Shown: in pieces, positions 12,754 to 24,900 of the stretch | Position numbering within the stretch: the stretch's first letter is position 1 | How the letters are laid out: every line of letters begins with the position of its first letter | Assembly: GCA_046563655.1 (NCBI GenBank) | Contig: CM102290.1 | Coordinates: forward strand, 10,788,001-10,852,000 | DNA: 64,000 nucleotides | Direction of reading: 5' to 3' | Source: Yuukianura sp. NJ FZ-2021 | Lineage: Eukaryota | The notes under the pieces: generated by a model | Seen by the model: the letters and a program-made list of their open reading frames with translations, nothing else | Database searches by the model: none | Told to the model about the DNA's origin: nothing | Position numbers and translations under genes: made by a program

Positions 12754-15700
12754 CTATGTCCACACCTTCAATAGAATTGGGACCACTTATAGCAAATAGA
12801 TGAAATATTTTATTGCATAGTGCCAAGGTTTAAAGGTTTAAAAACTACTTAATTTTTCAATGTCAAATGACTCGAAAGACGTTATGTTTTTTAAATTGTG
12901 GACGCAGCAAGGTAGGGCGTTGGTTTTGTTTGGAATTTTGATTCAAACAAAAAAGAACCGTTAGTTGGTGGGAAATTGGCAATTCAAAAAAAAATTCAAC
13001 CATCATTTTTTACAATCAAATTTAAAAAAAATTCACTGTAATGCTAATACTTGCCGTTCTACCGCCACGGTTTCCTACACCACAGGAATTTTTATTGAGA
13101 GAAAGTTGTGTAAAAATTTGAGAGAGACTGACGAAGATGCTCATCATCATCATCAACAAGAAGAGAGGGAATGGTTGAGTGAACATCTGAAACTTGTGTG
13201 TTATAAAAATCGTTGCCAAATCGCAATTCTTTCCAAGATTTTTTTGCAAATGAAAACTCTTTTGTACGATTTTTTGCTACTGTAGATAGTAAGATCTCCC
13301 CTGAAAAGAAAAATCTTGCCTTTTGATCTTAAAAAAAAAACAAACAAACGAAGAGATGAGTTAGTTAATTAGAGAGATTTTGTATAAATTTTTTTCACAA
13401 AAGTAATTGACACTTGGCCTCTAAAAAGATGCAATTCTACTTATAAAAAAGTCATATGTTGAGATGCATTGTTTTTTTGGGAGATGCTGTGAATGAACCA
13501 CAAGAAGAAGTGTTTATGTGTGAAGCAAGTGAGTCGTTCTGTTTTGCTACCCAGAGTCCATTGCCCTCTTATTCCCATTGAATCTCATTCAAGTCAGAAG
13601 ATCTACTACGTCGCAGTAGTAGCTCTGCACGAGAATCAAGGGAGAAATCTCGACCTAAATGCAACCAAGTCCAACCGTATGGTTCCCATTTCAGATGAGG
13701 AAGTTTCAAGAAAGGAATGTGGCAGTGGGGATGGGGCGAATTGAGACAGCACACCACCCCTCTTCACAGACAGAATGGGCGGGAGGGGGAAAATTCAAAA
13801 TTCAAATACTTCTTCACACCTCGCACCCTCCATTACAATTCCAACTTCCAGGATTTTTAAAACCTAATCTTTAAAACCTGTTGTGAAAAAAAAAGTTTCC
13901 CTTTGCCCCCGTATCTTACATGTTTACAGTAGCGAGGTTAACCTGTCGTAACTCCATAAAATCGCAACTTTATTATTTTTACTTTGATTTTTATTCAAAA
14001 TATTATAACGATTAGCTTTTGTCGAAAAAAGTACAAAGGAAAATTTAAAATTTTGACTTTGGTAAACGGATACGCACTTTGGATTGATTCTTCGGCTGGA
14101 AAAACTTTTTAAAAGTACACTTATACTTGGAAATTTCAAAAATTTCGGTTTCCCGCTCCCGCCACTGCCTCAGAGAAACTCAAGTGCCACTTTTGAAGGG
14201 TTTTGGTTTGAACTTGTAAAGATCCCCTTTGAAGATTTTAATCTCGTCGCTTTCCCTGAAATTGAAGATGCAATTATACGCAGTGAAGAAGGTGCGGACG
14301 GGGGAGATGAAAAGGAGCCGCGCCAAAATCATGTTGGTCGTCCGCGGGTGATTTAAATTCAAATTCAAAACATGGTCACTCACCACCACTTTATTCTACA
14401 CTCGTGTTCAATTAAAAAGTCAAAGCCCAACTTTCAATGAGGAGGACTCAAATTTCAAATACTGCTCGCCATTGGCCTTCTCACTTGCAAAGTCAATGAC
14501 CTTTGGGCCTCCAGGCTACAAAAGTACAGCGGGATTTTTAAAATTCAAAAATTCCGTAGTCCCAGGAAGTCTGACATGGGTTGGTTCCATGTAAATTTCA
14601 CGCCTTTCCAATTTATACACCGTAAAACAATGGGAATCAATCCATGAATTTTATGTTGATTTGAACGGTATTATCTTACAAGTCTTAAGAGATCCACTTA
14701 CCACCATGCAAATTTTTCATTTTCACGTTTTTTTTAATTTAAAAAAAAACTACCGAAAGAAAGCAGAATCTTTAAAAAAATTTTTAATTCACAACATTTG
14801 GCGAGCTCGTGATTAATATGATAGTAAAAATTTCAAATGACAATCAACTCGGGCTAAATCTGAAATATTGAGCTAAAATTTCGATTAAAAAGTTGTGTTA
14901 AAATTTCAAGTTAAATTTTAAGCTTAAAATTCCAAACCGCAAAAAAATTCAAGAAATAAGACTATAAAAAAACAGGGGACGCTGCGATAAGAAGCTACAT
15001 ACAGTCTGTACAACGTTGTATTGGCGTTACATTGAACCGTTACACTGGCAAAGTTACAATCTGCTAACTTTGGCAAAGGCGCAAGACGTAAAGCGTTTTG
15101 TTTTCCTAGAAAAAAGGTGAGTACAAACGATGAACGTTTGTATGTCGCCTTTAGTCACTTGTTATTGACTTTTGTGGGCGCAAAATTTAATCAAAAGAAA
15201 AACGAGAATGAATGAGAGTGTAGTGTGTACTACTTAAAGAGCTTACGTAGTTTATTTACTATCAATTTCTGAATGAAAGTGTGACGGCAAATCGGAAAAC
15301 GTTGTGGGAAATTCTTTAAAAAAAAGCGACACTCTGGTTTAATCCTTTTGAAATTAGGTTTGGGTCCTGAACAGGCTCAAATTAAATCCGGAATCTAATT
15401 TGAAGTAACAAACGAAAAGGAGTGGGAAGTTCAAATTTTAGAAAACACAAAAAAAAGTTCAAATTCAATGTTTCTAAAACGAAGGTGGGTTGCGTCAATA
15501 CCATTCCCTTGATTTCTTTAGTAGGTAGTTGGAGTGAAAAGCAGTTTTACACGTGTAAACGCGAAGAATTAAGTGTATGTTGGATAAATATAACAAAATA
15601 GAATATAAAATAATAAAAATACACTAAGGGGACATTGAACTAAGCCGAGGTTGAACTCAACTCAAATGAATTCGCACCCACCGCGTCGCGGTCACGGTCA

Positions 15701-18700
15701 AGTGACAAACTGTTGCCTTTCGGAACGGTTTCTTGAATTGAGAGCACGACGACGTTGAAGAAAGTTTGAAAACTCCCTCGCTTCCACTTTGACAGTGGCC
15801 ATTAAGGCCGCTTTATGATCCGAAGGCCTCCGTGAGTTCGATCCTCTCTTCCCTCTTCTTTTAAAAAAAGTAGATCTCCTCACACATTACACTTGTCCGT
15901 GAACCCATTTTATAGTGTGTGACTAGCGTATGTCAGCTAACGTTTGCAGGCGGTGATTTTATGAAAAAAAAATATTTAGTAGGTATACAAAAAGTGCAGA
16001 ATGCTTTTCCCAAATTAAAAAAAAATTGCGGATTAAAAAACAATCACCAGAGTAGAAATCATCTAGTGCCTGTTTTTCAAAATCTGGAAAAAGTTTTGCT
16101 TTAGTGTAGGCCACCTCGTCTTGCTTGTGTTGTTTTGTTTTGTAGTTTTTTTTTTCAAATTAGGAAGTTTTTGAGAAAAAAAGTTTACATTTGGGAGCGT
16201 GGCAGGCGTGATGCCTTTTTTGTGCGAATTGTAATTTCCAGAGCTTTTTTTTGCAATTGTGCAAAAAATTAGACAGAAAACGAGCAGATGTAGGAGAGGG
16301 ATAAAAAGTTTTTTGTTTCTTGCCTCTTCTGCAAAAACATGGCGAATTGGACAGGCCGAACTTATTCACAAACATGGCTGATTCTCTGCCTCTTTGTTTT
16401 CTCCGCGAAAACTTTCAAACTCAAATCCATAATTTTGTCAATTTTAAAACATAGATTTTCAGTTTATTGCATAAAGCATGTGTGGCTAAAATATTTTTTG
16501 CATTCTTCGTTTTCCAAACAATATTTACAACAAAAGATAAATGAAACAAAAACTTCTTTTCTTCTTACTTTTCCAGAAATTTCAAAAAATCAAGAATATT
16601 TTACTTTTGAAAAAGACGCGAAGAAGAAGAGGAATATAATCGTTGGAAATAATTTCGAAATTGATGCCAACTCTCAACTTCATTTAAAAATTTATGAATC
16701 GATTGTTTGGAAAAGGGAAAATTTGACAAGAAGTTGGACAAGGTCCAGGCGACAGAAAAAAAGCAATATTTCTGAGCGCGGGGAAATTTGACTTTGTAAT
16801 GGTGCGAAATTCGAAGGAAATGATTTCCTCGAGAGTAAATTGCTTCACGGATAATAACTGTGGTAATTAAAACCAAAACAATTTAATTACAGTAGTATGC
16901 AATTTTTGTGTTGTAGCGTAGCGTTGTAGTGACCGTGTAACTGAGTAACGTTAGCACGCTACAAACGCCACACAACTGCTTTTCATTTCCTGAATTATTG
17001 AAGGGGAAGACGGTACGCCCCATTTCAGATCACAGGTGAACATGACACACAGCATTGAACCAGAGGGTGGGGGGTGGAATTGAGCCATGGGGTGGGGAGG
17101 GTGGCTTTCTAGGGTGGGACTCGTGGGACAGTAAAATTGGAAGTGGGGGATGGGTTTCCAGAAAACGCTACTTGCTAAAACACTAAATTGGGAATTGATT
17201 TCCAGTGAATTCTGGAACAAAAAAAAACATAATTAACTTTCGAGTCGGATTGGAGTCATTTCCAATATCAAACGGAGCCTTGACATCATTTGGCAACTTT
17301 TAGGAGGACAGGGTCGATTCATGCAGAGCGCCAATTTTCAAATTTGGCCTGTTTTTTTTTCACTTAAAAAAAATTTGGCCCAAAAAAATTTCTTTTGTAT
17401 AAATTTTTAAAAGTTCTTAAAACTTTAAACCTTGTGCTTATTTCTCCATAAATGCAAACACGAATTTTTGCCTGGTTTATGAGAAAATTTTATTTTTCTA
17501 AATTCTTCTAATAATAAGAATTATCTTTTCAGTTTTGGGTAAAAATTTGCATCTTACAATAAAATGTTAAAATTTTAAGAAAATTTTTACAAACGTGATT
17601 TTTTTTTCTGATTTCGGGGGAGGTAATCCCCTTTGTACGGTTCCTAGCTGACGCATTCATTTTCTTTTGGTGGCGTGGCGGTGTTTTTAGCTCTGTAGTG
17701 ATGATGTGTTGGTTTGTTATTGGATGCTGTTCATTAGTCATTGGGCTCGTATGTTTATGCTAACGATGTTGATGATCGTGGTGATGATGATGATAAGGAT
17801 GATGATGAAGAAGATGAGTTATGAATGAAAGGATTTGCTCAAGATTAGCCACTCTCACCAACCGATCGATGCTTTTACGAAGTGAACCAACTCGATACGC
17901 ATTTTTATAAGGAACTTGCTAAATTTTCACGTTTTTTTTAATTTGTAAAAAAATTTAAACTTTATCAAAGCCTCTTTTTTAAAAAAACGTATTGTTATGT
18001 ATCATTTTCAAAGGATACTTTATCATAAAGACGAGAAAACTACAACTTTCTTTTGTATCTGACGCGCGTAACAGATCAAATTCATACTTTAAAGATAACT
18101 CCATAACATAACTCCAGAAAAGAATATCAACAAAATGCAGAATTTTTGAACTGACAGAAGTCTATTGGGATTAACAATCTCGCTCGAATTAGTTTTTACA
18201 AACCATGTTAACAAGTACACCTAAAAGGAATGAAAGAAAGAAAGCAATTTTCTTTTTACTCGTTTCGTTTGATCGCACTAATCAAAAAAATATTTTAAAA
18301 AAGTTTGTTTTTCAGTCATAAAAAGTGTGTTGAGAATTCTTTACCACTGGACGCGTGTCGCTACTTCTAATTGGTTTCGGTTGTAGTCTAAAGTAGTTTT
18401 CATCTAACATTCAGACGGATAATCAATCAACCTTTACACACGCCGTTTTTCGCAGTTCCTTGTTTTGTTCTAAGAATTGGCAAAAGGACAAACACAAAAA
18501 CAGAAGACAAAAGATGTCAGGAACATTGGAATATCGACAAGGACACTTTAGCGTGACAAGTGTCATTTGAGGGTCGGAACATGATTTGCATATGTCAATA
18601 TATACTTTGGACTACGCATTGCTTCGGTAAGTCAGCATGGTCACCCTGGAACGTATCGATTATCGACAACCAATCAAAGTCTCTGAAAACAAAAGAGAAA

Positions 18701-21700
18701 ACTGGAATTGTATTATCAAATGACAAGTTCTGTGAAATTCTCAAAACAAAAACTAAACCACCAATTCCAAATTAATAAAAAGCAAGCACGAGTGTATCTT
18801 ATTTCGTGACGTTCTTTTACCACCGCCTACGCAACCAAAATTTAAAAGCGATCTTGTTTTACGTCCACCCCCCACGATTTTTGAAACCTTTTATAACTAC
18901 CACCTACGTCTTCAGATTTAAAAATTTATCCTCACTCTTGCAAAATTTGACAATTGAAATTTTTTTACGGCCGTTCTGCCGTAACCCGTCAAAATTTATA
19001 ACTTCAAAACGCTTCACAATTATATCCGGCAAAGATTGGTCAATTTTGAATCTAATGCATCCCAACGTGAGTTGAATTTGACAAAGAACATTTCCGGACT
19101 TTAGGGTGAACGATCGTGATGAAACCGAGTTTGGCTCAATTTTTGTTCATAATTTTTCCGGCAACATTTGGAATTATAAAAGTCATGTCCAAGGCATAAA
19201 GTGAGTAAGTAGTGCTGTTGGTTTTTGTTTAGTTTCTTGATTAATGGGAACAGAGTGAAGTTTGTTTCTGGTCGCATGTAATTTAACACTATCCCCAAAG
19301 TAGTCGTGTTCCTAACCTCATTTCTCGTCTGTGCATGACCCAATTCTGCTTGGCTTCTATATTTACTCCCTTTTGCATGGGGAGGGCGGTAAGAGGGGGT
19401 GGTAGGGTTGCGCAAACACAAAATATATGCAACACAAAAGCTTTCTCTTTTTCTTGGAATAAAAATTCAGTTTGGAGAAAAGTCGTATCGCTTCTAGCGA
19501 TTTCCAGAAATTTTCTGGAAAAGATGAGCTTATTCCGCTTCAATTTTTACTTTCTGTGTAATTAAGTACCACCCACGACCAAAATTCACTTGAACAGATT
19601 TCTCTGTGTTCTTTGTTATAAATTTTCCAAGAATTTAATAAACAAGATTATACTTTGCTGCGTAAGTAAACAAATGCTCCAGCTCAGACAGATGTAAACA
19701 ACCAAGAGCGAATAAAATCACATTCAACAATTCACTGGAAATGAGTCACAAAATTGCAAACCTCATCATCACAATGGTTGTTAACCTCCATTCATAAAAA
19801 ACAACTAACTCTCTTGTCAATTAGATTTAACAGTATGACTCTCTAGTTATACATGTTAGATCATTTCAGAAAAAAATGTGACCAGGAATTTATCAATTGA
19901 AAAAAGTGAAAATTTGAAATAAGCTAACAACTCACTTTGTTTTTTTAGTTTTTACTAACTCTAACGATTTAACTTAAAGAAACCAAATTTTTGTGCAGTT
20001 AAGCAGTTCATGATGGGGGTAAAGTCACCCCTGCCGCTTTGAATCCCACGCCTTCCCGAGGTCACTTGTTTAGTTAATCCCGAAATTGTAGAGTTAAGTT
20101 AGTGTAATTAACTAAATTGTTGATTGAAAATATCAACTTTCATGTCCAGTCCAATTCTGAATTGTTTAGTTAAGCTAGAGTTAAGTTGATTAAAAACCAC
20201 AAATGTTTATGAAAGTGAAGTCTGACTTTCAGTGATTGTTGGGTTATACGGTGTCGAGTGACACAAAAGTGGCATGTTTAGATTAGTTTATTGTCTTCTG
20301 AGATGCCAAAACCGTGTTTAAATTGGCACTTGGAATCTGAGGCGGCAGTTAATTTTGTGCCTCGTAAGCATTGCTTTAAACCACCACATTTGAACATTTG
20401 TCAGAGCGAGCGTGAGAAAGTGGTGGAAGACGGGATTCGTTTCAGCTCGGCTCTTGTACGCCTCCAAAACCTTCCTCGGTAAAACTCAACTCCAAAAGTT
20501 GGAAGCGTCCTATGAAAGGCGCCAAGCTTTGGTTTAGAACTTTGGATCTCTCGTAGTTTGAAGTTGGCACTAGAGCCTTTCTCTACTCTACAATCTCCGG
20601 ATCATTGGAAGTCCAAATGCGCGCCTCTCTGTTCGGATGATGATGCCTTGGGACCGGCCGAATTCAAAAGTTTGACTCATCCGAACCCGAGCCTTTCTCC
20701 CCTCATGGTTCAAAATTGTTTTTCTTCCAGATTTTCGAATTTCATTGACATCTTTTTCAACTTTAAGTCGTCCCGCCGAGGTCCAAGTTCCGCCCACACC
20801 CGTACAACATTCGTAACTTGCTCATCTTTCACACCAGGGAAGAAGGAAGCAGGATCTTAGAAGAGACGCCTACGCCGCAAGGGCTAAATGTCAATGAGGA
20901 AGAGCAACCCACGCGACCTGTTAGAATGAGATCATTCAAACTCTCAAGAACTTAGTTTTCGTCCAGATGGAAACTCAAAATTTCAACAAAAAAACAAAAA
21001 CAAATCATGACGCTCAAAATTTTGAAAAGGAGTCTTTTTTATCTTCCCAACTTTTGGTTTATGGTTTACCTTTTATTAGCTTTTTTGTTGTTTTCATTGA
21101 CCAAATTTAGTTTTCAAATAAATTTTCTGGAAATTTTTAAATTCGTTTTAAATTCGCAGAAATTGATGTCTGTTTTGGTGTGAAAGTTGACTAAAAACTT
21201 CGTCAAAATAGTGTCAAAATTCTTAGCAAATGATAAAGACAAAATGTTTGTTTCATACTCCTTAGTTTAGCTTATAAAATCGATCTTTTGTTTTATGAAT
21301 TTTTTTTTCAAGTTTATTATTGTTTTATTCTTATATTTATTTTATTCTTTATGAAATTTGTTTTTGAGTTTAAACTAGTTTTTTTTTGCTTTGCAGTAAT
21401 TGTTGGGGTAGTGAATTGGAGTGATAATGGTGTAGTTCTTTGAGAGAGACAGAAAGTGTCAACATTGAATTCGAATCAATCCGATTGTCTGTCAACATTA
21501 ACAAAAAGTAAAGCCTATCTTTACCTCATGACATCGCGTAAAACTACTTCAATCTAAAAAACCACCTTTTACAACTACAAACTACTACTAGCACTAAAGT
21601 ACACACGCTCTGGCGCACTTGGACAGGTTTCGTTTGAATGAAATCCAAACTGTCCCGCCCTTCCAACTTCCGGCGTCCTGTCCTTTGTCCCCCTCCTCCT

Positions 21701-21877
21701 CCTGCTTGCTCAAAACAAACAATTTGTAACAAATTTCTCAATACTTCAACATCCCCATGTTTTCTGGTCAAACGCCATCAAATCCTGCACATTGGATTCA
21801 AATTTTGACCTTTTCAAAATTGGAAAAAAAAATCAACTTGCTCACTATTGCAGAAAATTGGAACAGAAACGAAATTA

Positions 21878-21936
21878 CAGTTATTTAAAAAAAAGCTGAG
21901 AAATGGCAGTTATTAAAAAAAAAGCTCAAAAATGTC
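21878..21936. repeat. Tandem duplication, 2 x ~29 bp
   Basis: CAGTTATT(T)AAAAAAAAGCT.A.AAATG occurs twice in tandem. Confidence 0.6.
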
Positions 21937-24900
21937 AATTTTTTGTTTTTTGGAAAAGTTGTGATTTTTTTTGGAAAACGTCTGACTGTTGTGTTTGACA
22001 AGTGTGAACTCTATTGTTTTCGTAGTGACTCCGAAGCGTGATGGGGTTAACGGCTCGTCAAATGAAGTTCTGCTTATTCCATCTGCTTGCTCATCCTCAG
22101 GTTAACCTAAGCACTGTGTATTAATTAGTCATCCATTGATGCGAGATCAGTTCCAGCGGAGAGGTCTGATTGGTCAATTGGAGGATGCTGCAGGATGAAT
22201 GAAGCTTACATGAATTCATCACACGGGAAGCGTGATTCAGTTGGTTCAGAATGAATGAAATCTGGTTGGTTCTAATGGTTTGTGGACCGAATAAGGACCA
22301 GTTGTCTGTTCTATTTGTACATTTGGACGATGACTTCATGCAACTAACCAAAAAGGAGCGTTTTGGCTGGTATGAGCTTCCTAACGGCTTGCAAGCCATT
22401 TGAGATGCTGCAACTACTAACATAGCTAGACATTCCGCTCCAAATCCATTGTCTCCCCTATCATTCCCATGTGACAACAAAGTTGAATCCACTTACCCCA
22501 ACAACAGCTCAGAAGCTGCCGTTCACAAATTATCTCGTCTCAAAATAAGCATGGAACATACATGGGCAATCCTCAGACTTCGGACCTCTTCCAGACAGGA
22601 AGTAGCCAATCAGAAACGGATTAGCCCGCGTGACTAGTTATCTGATTTCAGTTTGGTCAGGCTAAGGTCAATCCAGGTAAATACGAGGGCTGCGGAAGAA
22701 GCGTGCCCATGCATGTGCAACATTTTGCCCCCGGGCATTTCTATCACTCCGGAAGCTATAGATTGACGGACAGCCAGTTCTTCACTGATGGTTCGTTGGT
22801 TTTGGCTAGGTTAAGTCTAAAGGTCATAGATCAATGGATGTCGTGCGAGGCAGAATGCCCATGTAGGTCAGCGTAAGTCAGGTTGACAACTGACTTTTTG
22901 GAACATGGACCTTAAACCATGGTATTATGTACTTAACTGTAGTAATGACAGATGACTGACTCATCTTCCTACTCCAAGCTTCAACGACATGTGAAGGACA
23001 CCAGTGTAAACGCGAAAAGTTTCGAAAACTTTTTTTCTTTCAAAATCATTAAAAAAAAAGTAAGGATTTGCATTGGACTTGAAAAGAAGTGGCGCATTTA
23101 TAAATCTGGATTAAAATTGCCTTTCTGGGAATTAAAATTTTACAACACTGAATTATTCCTTGCATACGGATGTAAATTATAGTGAGTCTAAAAACGGACG
23201 CTGTCAAATATTTTCTAACTTAAGTTGGGAAACACACCTACACCATTATTTTCAAAATTTGAATTTTAGCGTGGCGGTGGCATGGTGTGGTTAATGGATC
23301 CAATTTTGGAGTTCTGTTTCAAGTTCATCTGAAATGTTTATTATGATTTTCAGAAGCCTATTATTACTTAGCACATGACGGTGGTTGTTTGTGGTGGAAG
23401 TTGTAAGTTCTGGAGAAGTCACGTGTTTTCCGTTTTTATTGACCCAAACATGAGGTCATTTCTACAGAAAAGCAGAAAATGGAGGGGGTGGAATTTCGAA
23501 CGAAAATAAAGAACGGACATGGAATTGTTCTAGGAACTTTCTCCACTTTTCCACCACGTGATTGTTGGTTACGGTTGTGCTGGATAGTCCTGACCCCGTG
23601 ACCTTTCAAACACTAACCTGAAACATATTAGCTTTTAATGACGTCGCGACAGTTCCTAGAAATGGAATGTTTTTTCTTCGTTTTAGTTTTGTTTTGCTTT
23701 TCTGCAATCTGAGCTTTCACTGAAGTGGGCTTTCATGACAAAAGTTTTGTTTACTAATATTACATTCGACTTTCTTTGAAAGGAAGTTCTGTGACGAAAC
23801 TGAGTCAAGGTCTTTTCTAAAAAGAAAAAAAAGTTGAGGCCGATAGTCAATTATTTGAAAAGCCGCTTGTTTAAAAATTTAAAAAGGAAACTTTGCATGC
23901 TTTCCAAAATACAAGTAAAACGTAATAAGCGCAGACGCAATGAAGGAAATGCACATAAAAACCCCACGCGGTTGAGAAACGTCTTAATTTGAAAGTGGGC
24001 TGCAATGATTCGGTAGGGAATGGGGCTAAGGTCATTCCATTTTGAGGCGCCCAGCATGTTAAGTTCGTTTGGGTTCTGTGCTAAAGCCAAGTACATTCCT
24101 GGCTTCTCAATTATTAATCGAAATAGGCAGAGGCTCAAGGGCACAGGAGCCTGAAGGTCTTTTTTGTTTTCAAAGTTGGCAATTTCAAAAATTTCCGCTC
24201 ATCTTGCGATAAAACCCGCATATAAACGTTCTTCCACGATATGAGATTAATGAGTTTGGGCGATTCGAATTTGTTAAAGAGAAAATCGGTGAACCTGCGC
24301 AAAGTAATTCGATTCTTTGTGGATTTTCTGCGCAGATGAGTCGATTTGGGTCCTTGGCGCATACGTGTGGGCTACTTTTTGAGAATAGGGGCAGGGAAAG
24401 AGGGGTGGGGGTGAGTTGTAGGAATGAGGAAATTGAGGCTTCTACGTCTCGCAGAAATCGAGGTCTTTTACACCTGTAATTCACTTCTCTTTGGACATGA
24501 TATGAATACATGGAAGAGAACTGTGGTTTATGGTTTAAATTTACCGCCAAAAATTTTGAAAATTATAGTTTTCAAAAAAACGTACATACTTCTAAGACAG
24601 CAATACCTTTCTACGGAAGTTGTTCTCGGCTAACCTTATTCTAAACAAAGGCTGTAGCATCAGTGGTGGTTACTTAAACCTTGACGCCAATTTTTTGTAA
24701 TTTTGGCGCTGATGTGCACAATTGGTTAACAAGGGTGTGGCTAGTTTAACAACATTTTGTCATAAGGAAAATAATAGGTTTAACAGAGACATAAAACATT
24801 TAGAAAAATAGGTAGTCGCCGCCGCCAATCTGGTTCAATTCTACTGTGTCAATGTCCATGAGACGATTTTTTTAAGTGTAACATGAGCAGCCGTAAATCA

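Noticed and set aside
17750..17830. Met-rich or Asp-rich short frames
   Set aside because: Product of a (GAT)n microsatellite.
22121..22637. 123-aa minus ORF and neighbouring ORFs in a compositionally distinct block (possible TE remnant)
   Set aside because: No recognisable transposase or RT motifs, terminal repeats or splice support.
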